DNA of 62,323 nucleotides, filler included. It is 10 parts of 10 records of this genome, joined end to end, with 100 filler letters (N's around TTAATTAATTAA, not from the genome) between each part and the next. Parts side by side here need not be neighbours in the genome. Positions count along the whole stretch, not along the records: positions 10,713 to 16,829 come from SRR31147125_138214; positions 16,930 to 22,028 come from SRR31147125_138221; positions 22,129 to 27,926 come from SRR31147125_138397; 7 more parts are not named here. One strand, given 5' to 3'. Positions 10,824 through 22,830 of the stretch are shown piece by piece. A program made the translations under genes and the position numbers. The notes beneath the pieces were generated by a model. The model worked only from the letters and a program-made list of their open reading frames with translations, ran no database searches and was not told where the DNA came from. The number at the start of each line of letters is the position of its first letter. The stretch's first letter is position 1.

Positions 10824-12541
10824 TTACAAATAATCCATCAAACTCGTGTTAATTATCTTTGACGTGGCGCTGAGTGCCGCTTCATAGGCCGTCTGAATCG
10901 ACTGCAGATCCATGGCCGCTTCAACGATATCGGCATCCTCGATGTTGGACCTTCTTTCGGTAAGGTTGAGATCCAGCTCCGAAGTGATGGTGTCCCGAAT
11001 TTCAAGTCGGTTGTATTTCATCCCCACATCGGCGATCACCGAGGTGGTATGATCGTAGCTGGTCTGAAGACGGTCAATGGTTCGTTGCACTCCGTCCACG
11101 TCGTTATCTTCCAAATAGCCGCGAAGATCGATCAACGTCTCGAATATTCCCCACGCCACCGGCTCTTCACCGGTCATGGGGGATTTTAGATCATCTTCCG
11201 TCTCAAACCCCAGGATCTCTCCCATGCTCTGGCCGGTCCCCCCTCGTCAACCGGCGCGTTTTCACCGGATTGCCACAACAGATTGAATTGGGAGAGCTCA
11301 GTGCCGTTCTCTTTGATGGTGAATTTTTGTGTGGTGTCGTCCCATGTCACCGAGTAGTCGATTTCGTTGCCGTTATAAAGGGATTCGGCTTCCATGGCTT
11401 TCTCGATTTCCGAGGCCAGCTCGTCATAGCTGTAGTAATCTTTTTCTTTGACGGTGGCCGTCAATGTACTTGAAATGGAACGGCTCATTGTGGATTGACT
11501 CATCTCCTCTGTTTCATCGTTCACCCGGATGACCTCTTCAAAATCAATTTTACTGTTACCGGCATCGATGGTCAACGGTGTGACGGAGATATCATCTGTC
11601 ACCGCTTGGTCGGATTGATGGGGCGCAGAGACAATATTCTCTTCTGAAAAGCCGATTTCATTTCCGATGGAACTGTTTCCCACTTCGGTCTCTGATTCAT
11701 ACTTCCACAAAAATTCCGTGGCCATGTATCCTTCATAAGCGCCGTCCTCCACAATGGAGAACCGTTGACTCTCTTTATCATATGACACATTATATGTGAC
11801 GCCGTAGCCGGCTTCCGACGACGCGCGATTCAATTCATTTTCAATGGTTTGTCTCAGGGTTTCCACATCGTATTGCCCATCCGGAATCACGGCACATACC
11901 GTTTTGAGATAATCCTGCCCATGTCCGGGATCCTCCGTGAAATAGAGGGTATTGTTGGTACTGTTGATGGCCACCTCGTCATCCCAAAATACGGTTGAAG
12001 CGACCTGCCCCACCGGTACTTCACTGTTTTTATCCGTTCGGATGGAAAACTCGGTATCATCTCCGGCATAGGTGATGGTGGGCGGATCGGTGGTGTTGTC
12101 ATAAACAATGGGAGCCGTATCGGTGCTGTTTCCGCTGAAAATGTAGTTCCCGCTCAGCTCGGTGTTGGCCAGACTCACCAGTTGTTCGATCACGTTATCC
12201 ACATTCTCCACGGCATCGGCCCGGTCATCGGCGTTCATGGTGGCATTGGAGATCGCCAACACCGAGGTCTCCATCTCCAAAATGAGATCGTTTGCACTGG
12301 AGAGCGCCGTCTCCACACCGGTGAGCCAGGCGCGTCCCATATCCACATTGGTTTGAATCTGCTCCAAGGATGAGATGGTCTCGCTCAAATCCAACACCTG
12401 AGTCAACCCGACGGGATCGTCGGACAGGGTGTTGATCACCTTCTGGGTGCTCATCACCTCGTTGCTCTCCTTGAGGCTTTCAGTGTGAACACCCAGCTGA
12501 TAAATGGCACTGGAATAGATGGAAATAGTCGGTACTCTCAT
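10824..12541 (-). CDS. flgL: Flagellar hook-associated protein 3, ~570 aa (frameshift at C-run 11238-11243)
   Basis: N-terminal MRVPT...SDDPVG...SLANT...YIFSG; C-terminal EDADIVEAAMDLQSIQTAYEAAL...TSLMDYL. One added base joins ORFs 11186-12541 and 10824-11225. Confidence 0.9.
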
Positions 12542-12614
12542 GATGAACTCCTACGTTTATGGGAAATCCCCCGCAACATGCCGACATCTATGGGCTCTCA
12601 AGTATCGTTATAAT

Positions 12615-12641
12615 ACGTCGGCAATCATGGCGGTTTCTATA
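12615..12641 (-). promoter_or_regulatory. Candidate sigma28 (FliA) promoter for flgL
   Basis: Minus strand TATA-N15-GCCGACGT versus consensus TAAA-N15-GCCGATAA, ~75 nt upstream of flgL. Confidence 0.4.
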
Positions 12642-12663
12642 AAAATCCCTTTTCTATTATTCT

Positions 12664-12705
12664 TTCCCTCTCCATTCATGGAGAAGGGATTGGGGGTGAG
12701 GGGTT
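12664..12705. repeat. BoxC-like extragenic palindromic element
   Basis: CCCTCTCCATTCATGGAGAAGGGATTGGGGGTGAGGGG: pyrimidine/purine hairpin with a GGGGTGAGGGG tail, just downstream of the flgK stop. Confidence 0.5.
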
Positions 12706-12710
12706 AAAAT

Positions 12711-15700
12711 TTACCGCATGGAAATGATCGTGTCGAGCATTTCATCGGCTACGGTCACCAACTTTGATGCGGCATTGAATGCCTGCTGATATTCGATCAA
12801 CTTGACCATTTCCTCATCCAAAGAGACGGCGGAAACGGCATCCCGTTCCTCCGTGATGTAGTTGACCATCAACTCGGCAAACTCCGTGGCACTCCGGATA
12901 TTGCTGGAATCCACCCCAAGGGCGCCCAGCATGGTGCTGTAATAGCCATCCAATGTGACGGTGGTGATATCCGTGCTTGCCGCCTCCCCCCGGCTGAAGT
13001 CCCACTGTTTCATCTCCAGGGACTGGTATTGCACCTCGGCCAGGGCCAGGGCGTTGCTGTTGTCGCCGGAAGCGATCTCTCCGCTGTCGGAATCAATGGT
13101 GGCGGCGGCCAGAAACCCGGTATCTTGGATCACCTCGTTCACCGCCATGTTTGTTGCATCCTCGCCGGTAAAGAAGGTGTTGATGCCGGCGGCCGCCATC
13201 ATGCCGGATTCGTCGGAAAAGGCAAAACCGATGTCATCGGCATCATGCTTCATCAGATCAAAGGAGAGGCTCCCCTCTCCTGTTACCGATTGGGTAAATT
13301 GAATGGTCATGTCGGCCAGGCCGTCGCCGGAAAAATCAATGCCGAATCCGTCGTCGTCGCCCCCTTCGGGGATGAGCACGGCATTTCCGCCGGTAGGGTC
13401 GTTGATCACCAGCCATTCACCATCGCTGTTTCGGGACAATTCCAGCTCCGTTGCTTCGAAATTGAGGGCACTCCAATCGGTGATCTCCATGGTGACGTTA
13501 TCCTCGGTAAATCCGTTCTCTTGGGAATAGGTGATGTTCTCCATGACATGATAGCTCTCGGAAGCGGCAATAACGAGCTGATTTTCCGAATTGACGGAGG
13601 CACTCAGACCGGCGGCATCCTTATTGAACTGATCGGCAAATGTCTCCAATGTCCAGTGCCAGTCGGACATGAGTTCTCCTGTGGCCTCTCCGTCTGCATT
13701 GGTGGAGACGGGATTCCCGTCGGAGTCGGTGGTGATGGTGAAAACATCCCCTTTGAACAGGGTGCCGCTTTCAAAGCAGAGGGTCATGCCGTCCACCTCG
13801 ATCTCCAGGGGAATCTCCGGGGTCAGCGGCGGATCCGGCTCTTCAAGAACAATGGTGCCGGAAGAGGTGCCGTTGCTCCACTCGATGGTGATGAATGGGT
13901 CATCCTCCTCCGGTAAACTCCCCACTGTACCGCCGGTGAGCACATTGAACGTGTACGTCGCGTTTTGACTGTTGGCATCTCCCCGGATGGTAAAATCAAG
14001 GGGATCCACCGCGCCTTCGTCGTTTCCCGCTTCGTCGGTTACCTCATCGACGGTGATGCTGAGGGTATTTCCCGCCACCAGGGAGCCGGCAGAGATATCG
14101 AAGGTGAGAAGTGCCTGGCCCTCTTCATCTGTGACGGAAATATTTTCCGCATCCGCCACCGTGATCAAGCCGGTTTTCCCGGTGGAGATGCCGTTGGTAT
14201 CGAACACCTCCCACCGGATGATCCCCTCGTCATCAAAGAGTGATGAGGTGACGCTGTTTTTAAGGGGATCCGACCCGGAGACCAGGAGATCGTTTTCCGG
14301 CTCGGCCGTTTCGGAGCCGGTGCCGGTACGGGCCGCCAAGGTGGCATCTCCTGAACCTGTGATTTCCATGAAATTGGTGATCTCGATGGGATCTTCCAGA
14401 TCCTCGGCCTTGATGATGGAGATGGAAAGCCCGTTTTGAACGATACGATACCCCTCGGAATCAAGGGGAGGCGTTGTCGACGTCAGTCCGACGTAAAGGG
14501 CATCCGCCATCTCCTGCTCGGTGGCGGCGGCGGCCGGAATGGTGATTGTGGCGTCGTAGGTGCCGTCAATGGTGAAGGTGACGGTGTCCCCGGCGTCAAA
14601 GCCCCCATATCCTCCTTCTCCGCCGAGGGTGAGGATGGCGCTGCCGAACTCGGCCCGGCGGTTCTCAAAAAGTCCGCCCGACGTCCCCTCCACCGATGAG
14701 GTGATGGAGATCTCCGGCGCCGCCTCAATGGTGAGGGTGCCGGTCACAACAGCGGAATCGACAATGGTGGCGGCTGATCCCCTTCCCACTTGTTGCACCG
14801 GTTCCGCACCGTTTCCGCTCACCTCGATATAGTGATCCGCCGTAAGGGGGTGCCGCTGCTGTCCTGAATCTCGACCCCCTCGATGCCGATGGTGCGGCCG
14901 GAGCTGCTGACCAGGGTAAAGGCACTGGTGGCAGCGCTGGTGGCATCGTATTCCAAAGAGAGGTCATCGTCCCCGTAAACCTCGTTGAGCGCTTCAGCCG
15001 CCGAAAGAAACGCATCTTCAAACTGTTCTTCATATCCGCCCAGGGTGCTGTCCAAGGTAAAGGTCTCATAGTGGGTGACGCCGTCCACGTAGATCCCGAA
15101 TGTGACGGTTTCATTGGAGAGTCCCAATGGGGAAAGATCACTCACATCCAGCGTCATGCGGCTTTCCGATGCATAGGCGGAGACGCCCTCCACCTCATTG
15201 AGGGCGTCGGCAATGGAGGCGGCAGACGGCTTGGCGTCGCCGCCGGCATAGGCGATCTCGATCTCCGTCGTGCTGTAATCGCCTCCGCCGATCACCAGGA
15301 CCTGCTCGGCAATGGGAGCCTGGGTGTTGTCCTGCATGACTGTCGCAACCGTGCCGCTGCCCGAAACGGCAACCCCGAGATTGTCGCCGTCGCTCTGGGT
15401 CACCACCTGATCCCCCACGGTGGTGCCGTCCATCACCGTAAACACGTAAACCGCCTCGTCTGCGGGGAGATCCGCCCCGGCCGCCCAGTTGGTCAAACTT
15501 GCTTCCGAAATGCCCATGTCCATCTCGATCTTTGTATAATCGGTCTCCGAGTCGGTGGTGTCCTCGATCCAGAGGGTGAGATCCGACGTATAGTCGATCC
15601 TATCTCCGTAACTGAGACGACTCAGCCATCCGCTGTTGTCCACGGCATAGGTTCCGGTAATCTCCTCCGAAAAATACGACAGTCCTGCGCCCTGGGCATG

Positions 15701-16615
15701 CTGTTCATTCAATGCCCAGATCAGCTCATGGGCCAACTCATCCAGCTCAGCCTGATATTTGGGGAGGATCTCCTCCCGGATATCCAGCCATCCGGCAATC
15801 TGACCGCCGGTGATATCGTCGGAGATGGTCTGGAAGCCTCCGGCGTTGTTCACCCACACCACTTCGCTATCCTTTACTCCCAGAGTGTAACTGCTCTCGC
15901 CGCTCACCATGGGTAGACCGTTTCCAGAGGTGACCGTCACGGAACCGGAGGGATCTTCCAGTATCTCAATGTCGATGAGCTCTCCCAGTTGATCCAAAAG
16001 GGCGTTTCGCTGATCCCTGAGATCATTGGCGGTGCGCCGGGTTTCGTTTCCCATGATCTCGACATTGAGTTCGGCGATCTCCTCGGTCAAAAGGTTGATC
16101 TGATCCACGGCAGTGATCAACTTGCTGCTGATTTCGGTCTCCACCTCATCAAGATAGCTGTAGGCGGTCGTAATCCTTTCGGAGAGCTCCTGACCGCTCT
16201 CGATGACAATGAGCCGTTCTGAGTCGTCGTCGGGATTGTTGGAAAGGTCGTTCCAGGCGTTCCAGAAGGTGTTGAGACTGTTGCTGATACTGTTGTCCGA
16301 CGATTCGTTAAAGAAATCTTCGATAATCCGGATATAGTTTTCCGCCTCTTCCGACGCCGACAGGGCGGACTGCTCCGTGGTGAGACGGTTTTCAAGCAGC
16401 TGATCCACCGATTGGGTGACCTGCTCGGCCTGGACGCCGGTGCCGAAGAGATAACCGGAAATCTTCAATGAAGCGCTGTTTTCAAGCTCCATGGTCTGCC
16501 TGCTGTAGTCGGCGTTGTTGACATTGGCGATATTGTTGCCCGTTACGGAGATGCCGTATTGCTGAACGAGCAGAGCGTCTTTTGCCGTGTTCAAGGTGGT
16601 TAAAATTCCGGTCAT
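12711..16615 (-). CDS. flgK: Flagellar hook-associated protein 1, ~1300 aa (frameshift at G-run 14846-14850)
   Basis: N-terminal VTGNNIANVNNADYSRQ, NDLRDQRNALLDQL, GGQIAG; C-terminal GDNSNALALA and VSAVSLDEEMVKLIEYQQAFNAASKL. One added base gives ...TPLTADHYIEVSGNG. Confidence 0.9.
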
Positions 16616-16929
16616 GGTAGATTCCTTAATTTGGGCGATTATTTCCGATTTCCGTGCTGTTTCGGCAAGAACATCGGAAAGCCTTTTGCTTCCGGATTGT
16701 CCAGACGAGGTTTCGCTATTTGCTGTTTTTATTCGTCCGTTTCCTGTCCGTCGTTTATCCGTGCCTGTCCACTATTGCCAAGGGAGTCGACGATGATCGA
16801 TTACCCACTTATGATCCTACCTCCTCCCCNNNNNNNNNNNNNNNNNNNNNNNNNNNNNNNNNNNNNNNNNNNNTTAATTAATTAANNNNNNNNNNNNNNN
16901 NNNNNNNNNNNNNNNNNNNNNNNNNNNNN

Positions 16930-17166
16930 GCCGTGTAGTCGACACGAAACGTCTCCACCATTTCCTCACTCACAGTGGCAAGTGCTGGGGATCGGCCAGG
17001 CACGCGCACCCTCGTTCAATACCATATCTACATTCCCGTCGTAAGGGGACAACACGAGGCTTGTGGAAGGCGCGCACTTCTCCAGGTACGTGTCAGGGAC
17101 GTCGGCCGAGATGTCGAGAAGGGGATTTCCCATGCCTAAGAGAATGTGCTCTCGTGGGGCACTCAT
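16930..17166 (-). CDS. ADK: Eukaryotic adenosine kinase, 5' exons (partial)
   Basis: LLGMGNPLLDISA motif. Removing GT-AG intron 17028-17077 gives LEKYGIERGCACLADPQHLPL, followed by EEMVETFRVDYTA. Confidence 0.8.
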
Positions 17167-17202
17167 TGTCGCCGGTTGTCACGGAGGCAGAGGAGAGGAA
17201 TT

Positions 17203-17238
17203 GTGGAATGTGGAAAGTGGAAAGTGGAAAGTGGAAAA
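17203..17238 (+). repeat. 7-nt tandem repeat (GTGGAAA), about 5 units, first imperfect
   Basis: gtggaat gtggaaa gtggaaa gtggaaa gtggaaa. Confidence 0.85.
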
Positions 17239-17260
17239 ACCACCTCATTCCTCCTCCTCT

Positions 17261-17320
17261 CTTGTGAGATCCTCCCTCGTGAGATCCCCTCTCGTGAGAT
17301 CCCCTCTCATGGGATCCTCT
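17261..17320 (+). repeat. 15-nt tandem repeat x4 (CTCGTGAGATCCCCT-like)
   Basis: CTTGTGAGATCCTCC / CTCGTGAGATCCCCT / CTCGTGAGATCCCCT / CTCATGGGATCCTCT; reads [20 protein letters not shown] in the MetRS frame. Confidence 0.85.
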
Positions 17321-19132
17321 CTCATCACAACACCCATCTTCTATGTCAATGGAGCCCCACACATTGGGCATTTGTACACGTGCGTCTTTGCCGACGCAGC
17401 CGCTCGATGGAAACGCGCAGGCGGGACACGCATCTCTCTTGTGACGGGCACCGACGAATACGGACAGAAGGTGGAAGAGACAGCACATCGTTGCCACATG
17501 CAACCACACACATTCGTCGACACTTGCTCGGAACGTTTTCGGATGTTGGCAGACGTTGCAGATGTTGGCTATGATGACTTCCTTCGTACGACCGAGTGGC
17601 GTCACAGGAAGGCCGTGGAAACGTTGTGGACACAACTCCTTTCAACGGGTCTCGTCTTCAAGGGACTCCATCAAGGCTGGTACTGCGACGTAGAGGAGGT
17701 GTTTCTGCCTCCCATGCAGGTTTGTGTTCATTCTTCATCATCGTCTTCATGGACGTTCATGGTCGTGATCTGTGGGGAGGGAGAACAGGTGGAACGGAGG
17801 AATGATGGCACAAGGATCTCAGTCCGCGGCGGATATCCGCTCCGATGGATCACGGAAGAGAATTACAAATTCCGTCTTGGAGCCATGACACCACGGCTCA
17901 AAGAGTGGCTTCGTATCCATCCGCATGCGATTTCTCCACCTCAACGATACAACGAAGTACGAAACGGATCTTTTTTTGTAGTGGTATAGAAGGATCTGTC
18001 TGATGGAAATGAGTGAGACAGACGTGGGAGAATCTGTGTGGGGGACTTGATGATCTTGCCATCTCACGACTGCGTGCACGATCGTCATGGGGAATTCCTG
18101 TCCCTAATGATCCCGATCAAGTCATTTATGTGTGGATTGATGCCTTGACAAACTATCTGACTGTTTGCGGCTTCCCGAACACGTTGGGTCCATGGCCACG
18201 TGTTCATCACATCATTGGAAAGGATATTCTCAGATTCCACACCATCTACTGGTCCGCAATGGGGTGTTGTATTTCCGCGCGCGGATCCTCCTAATCATGC
18301 AGGAAACAGGCCTGCTCTACTCATGGCTGTGGGTTTGGATCCCCCTGAACGCATCACAGTCCACGGCCATTGGACGATCCGAGGTGAAAAGATGTCCAAG
18401 AGCAAAGGCAACGTTGTGGATCCGTTTCTGCTTTTTGAACGTATGGGCGTTGATCCCACTCGCTACTACCTCCTCCGAGAGGGACCCTTTGTGAATGATA
18501 GCGACTACTCGGACGATCGTGTTGCCCTTCGCTTGAACGCAGATCTTGCTGACACACTGGGAAACTTGGGGTCACGGGCGTTGAGCGTGCGGCTGAATCC
18601 AGAAGGTGTGCTTCCTGCATGCGGTCCCGTCGAAGAGGACGATCGAACACTGGCTGAGGAGTGGAGACGAGTTCCCGAGCAAGTAGATACGCTCTTTCGT
18701 GCAATGAATTTTGCCCAGGGTCTGAATGTGATCTTCACACAACTCCGCGCTACCAATCGGTACACCACGGTGTTCGTGGCAAGTGTTGCGTGCTTAACAT
18801 CCCTTCATGAAGGTATTTCACACGGGCGGAGCCGTGGGTCCTCTGCAAGACGAATCCTCTACGACTTGGGACGGTGCTTTTTCACACAACCGAAGCGCTT
18901 CGTGTTGCAGCACTTCTCCTAGCACCCATTATGCCACAGTCCATGCAACAGTAGGGAAAGCGGTGGCAGAGGTGTGTGCGACGGACTCACTTCTCTCCTC
19001 CATAGATTGTTGTTCGCGTTGGGTGTCGAGGCGCCCGAGCGTACCCTCAACCATGCCGTTTTCGGATCCCGAGCCCCTGGTGCCCCGTTTGGGGCTTCAC
19101 GCAAGGGGCTCATTCTGTTCCGCAAGGTGTAA
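17309..19132 (+). CDS. MARS2: Methionine--tRNA ligase, mitochondrial/bacterial type, spliced eukaryotic gene
   Basis: [51 protein letters not shown] introns at 17720-17788, 17957-18021, 18252-18309, 18760-18812 and 18951-19005 restore one frame ending ...LILFRKV-stop. Confidence 0.88.
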
Positions 19133-19177
19133 GGTGCACAAGGGACAACGTGTATAACCAGACAACTGTACAATGGA

Positions 19178-22028
19178 TCACTGTGGATGTGCTGCTTGGT
19201 GAATGGCGGATGTCCATCGTTCAAGCTCCTCGGCCGTGTCAGCAGCCACCAAGAGGGGCTGTCTCTTCTCTGTTCCGCTTCCACCAAACATGATACTCAG
19301 ACAGTGTGTCTTCCCCAGCGCACTCGTCGGGGAGACCCCAACCACCTCTCGCAAATGAAAGGATCGAACATGCGTTGACTCGTCCTTCAAGGCTCAGTGA
19401 ATGAACGAACAAGACCACCTGGGCTCGGGGATACGCACCTCATTGTCTTCAACCATGTGTAACGAACCAAGAGACAAGATGCAATAGCGCGAACGCCATC
19501 TGAACCCTTCCTTCACGTGCAGAGATCCTTCAATCTTTCAATACGAGGGATCCATTAGGTGTCTGCATACCCAAGAAACAAAGAGAGAAGAAACGCATAC
19601 CACACTGAGCGGAGAAAGGGGCCATGCATCTCGTTGAACAAGTTCAAAGAAGTGCACCCCACCCTCGGCATCACCTGCCGTGAGAATGTTTGGGTATGTC
19701 ACGTCTCGGGAACAACACAGGCTGAGCACAGGAGTGGGGAGCGAGAAACACGCCACCAGACTCCCATCGTCGACATGCAGCACACTGATTCGACAATCAT
19801 CGCCTCCGGCCACGACAAATGCCCCGTCCGGAGTGCCACAAAGACATCGAATGGCACGCCCCGCTCCCACGTCCACAGACCACACAGCCGCTTGTTTTTC
19901 TATGTTCCACAGCTTCACCGTTCCTTCTTTCATGTATCCAGCTGCCAAGCGTCCATTTGGAAGAGAAACGACAGCCAACACCCAATCGTCGCTTTGCCCT
20001 TTCAACTCGGCCCACAAACTCTGATTCTCAAGCGACCAAATGGCAATTGTTCCACTCCGTGTACCTGCCATCACGGATCTGCGCAGGCAAGGGGGTCAAC
20101 AGATACACGAGGGGCAGTGTCCTTATCGTACCCGGCATCGTTGACCGTAACAGCATCAATGTACGCGTTGGAATCACGGAGTTCCACAATATCTTTGCCC
20201 TTGTCCAAGGACCATAGGCGAACCGTACTATCGCGGGAACCACTAGCAATGATCCGACCGCTGGTGACGGCGACACACATTACAAAGTCGCGGTGACCGG
20301 TTAACATGCGTGAGTTCTGACTCCCCGTCGAGATATCGGTGATCGCCACGTTCTTGTCTCTGCACGAACCAAACAAACGTAAGGGAAGAGGTGTTCACAC
20401 AGAACCGATACAAACCGAGAAGAAGATATGATAAGATTGTCATTCGAACAGGCAAGATCTGTGATCTATGATGGTGTGTGTATCAATCAGACAGAACAGG
20501 AGAACCGAGACGGTGGCGAAAAACACACTTGGCGGGTGTGTGGATTGGAAAGGGTTTTCAGGACTCGTTGCCCACTGGGGGACCACACCATCAACTTGCG
20601 TCCGCCTGTAACCACTGTACCGTTGGGAAGACAAATACAACCCATCACGGCCGAGGCGTGTCCCATTGGTCGTTTCACATTAACAGGAAAGATGTGAACC
20701 GTGTTCCCCACTCCACACGCCACCTGAACGAACAACTCTGAATTAAACGCAACAAACACACCATACCTGTCTTCCTGTACGCACACGCGTTCCATCGTTT
20801 GTCACATCAAGGCAAGTAATGGGTCTATCGAACGACCAGAGCAGCTGACCCGTCTTCGTGCCCTCCTTAAACACTCGAACCTACACAAAGCCGAGTCATA
20901 CAAATGCGCACGAACCCTTTCCTACCAAACCTTTTTGTCAGCCGATCCGGTGAACACGTCTCCCTTGGGAGATCTTGCCACAGCCTGAAGCATCCCAAAA
21001 TGTCATCAAGATCCACTCCCAACCAACCCACTTACTTACCTGGACCCAATCCGTGTGTCCACCAAACCGTCCCAATAGTGTACCCGTATCCAAACAACAC
21101 AATGCAACAGTGCCATCCTCAGACCCCGACACAGTCCTAAGAGTTGTATCGTCGAAGGCACGCAGGGATGTCACTTGGAGAGTGTGGGCCGGGACATAGC
21201 CCGCTTCGGTGCCTTTGCGCATATTCCATGCCCGAATCATTCCATCCCTGTTCATCAAGGTGAGAAGCGTGAAAAAGGACGTGATGAAATGCCCACTTGC
21301 TTCCAGTGATCGCAAAGAGACTTCTCGAACACACATCCAACGAACTAACGGACTTAGCCGCTTGGGAAAACATTGTTCGCAGAAGGGTACCCGTGGCCAC
21401 TCTCCAAACAAGAATCTCAGCATCCCAACTTCCTGATACGACACGAGTCCCATCAGGAGTGAAGCGGACACAGCTGACAACCCAGTTGTGGCCTTTCAAT
21501 CTAGTCATGTTCGGAGTGAGGAAGGGTGTGCACAGAACCAGAAAGAGCATGGGACACACCGATGAATCAGCTTACGGCTTGCAAAGTCATGGATCAATAC
21601 AGTGCAATCGCGTGACCCTGATGCAATCTATGCACAAACCAAATCAGTCGTGGCATAGCCGCACCCATCCCACCACGCACCAGCTCCCCGCCAGGTGAAA
21701 CGTCGAGGCACATTATGTCCTCTTCGTGCCCCTCTAGTGTTCCCACCTCCAGTCCCGTCTTCAATTCGAAGATCCGAACTTCTGGATCGCTCCCTCCACA
21801 CAAAACAAAGTGTCCACATGGTGTAAAACGCACAGTCGATGTGAGGTCCCCTGGACATTCAAGGTGCAAGATTCCTCCCATGAGGCTTCGTCGCAGTGGA
21901 CGCAGCCAAGGATGGGTTTTGGGACCATCAGCATCTTGCAACAAGGCTCGCAGTCGAGGGGATGCAGAAGGATCATCCGTGTTCAGGTGAATGAGAAGCT
22001 GGCCACCGAGTTGTCTCACGTCTTGCCA
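19178..22028 (-). CDS. Spliced WD40-repeat protein with C-terminal PH domain (5' partial), possibly STAND/NACHT-WD type
   Basis: Many GH...WD units (LEGHEEDIMCLDVSP, LKGHNWVVSCVRFTPDG..VVSGSWD, LTGHRDFV..ASGSRDSTVRLWS) separated by short GT-AG introns (e.g. 20079-20131, 19563-19600). PH-like ends WRSRYCIL and LVAADTAEELERWTSAI. Exact exon structure not fully resolved. Confidence 0.72.
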
Positions 22029-22128
22029 NNNNNNNNNNNNNNNNNNNNNNNNNNNNNNNNNNNNNNNNNNNNTTAATTAATTAANNNNNNNNNNNNNNNN
22101 NNNNNNNNNNNNNNNNNNNNNNNNNNNN

Positions 22129-22732
22129 GGCGGCGGTTGTTTTTTCGACGATCGTGGTCATGAATCTGTTGAACGGACGCCTGTTTCTCGGCTCGCCGAT
22201 GGAGTGGCGTGTCCTGCTCGGTGGTGGCGCAGGCCTGAGCGGTTTGATTCTACTCTTCTGGCCAGAGATGGTCGCGGTGAATTTCAGTGGTCCGATCCTG
22301 CTCGGTCTGCTTCTCAGCTTCGGAGCAACCTATCTGGCGTCACTCGGCAATATACTTTCGGCGCGCAATCAGCAAAATCAGCTGCCGGTCATCCAGACAA
22401 ATGCTTACGGGATGAGTTACGGTGCGCTCTGCATGCTTCTGGTCGCAACCTTCAGCGGCGATCCACTGACTATCGAGGCGACGCCCGCCTATCTTGGATC
22501 ACTGATCTACCTGGCGTTCTTTGGATCGGTGATCGCCTTCGGCTGCTATCTCAGCCTTGTCGGTCGCATCGGCGCGGCAGCGGCCTACGCGACCCTGCTC
22601 TTTCCGATCGTCGCCCTGCTCCTGTCAACCATCTGGGAGGATTACCACTGGACCTTTCCCGGCCTCGTTGGCATTCTCCTGATTCTCTGTGGCAACTACC
22701 TTGCCCTGATCCGCAAACCCCGGCCCGCATGA
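22129..22732 (+). CDS. EamA/DMT family transporter (5' partial)
   Basis: Hydrophobic helices; YLASLGNILSARN, YLAFFGSVIAFGCY, YATLLFPIVAL. Confidence 0.85.
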
Positions 22733-22830
22733 TAAGCATACAACCCCTTTCACCTTAAGTTCTGGATTCTTCCTCTGACATTCGATATTCTGACCCGAGC
22801 GGCACCTCTCAGACCAAGGGATCTATCTCA

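Noticed and set aside
9397-14850. Programmed frameshifting or phase variation in troB, flgL, flgK
   Set aside because: Runs are short, no stimulatory structure seen, and the same error type recurs in unrelated contigs.
17203-17320. Repeats as telomere or CRISPR
   Set aside because: Internal, few copies, no unique spacers, no cas genes.
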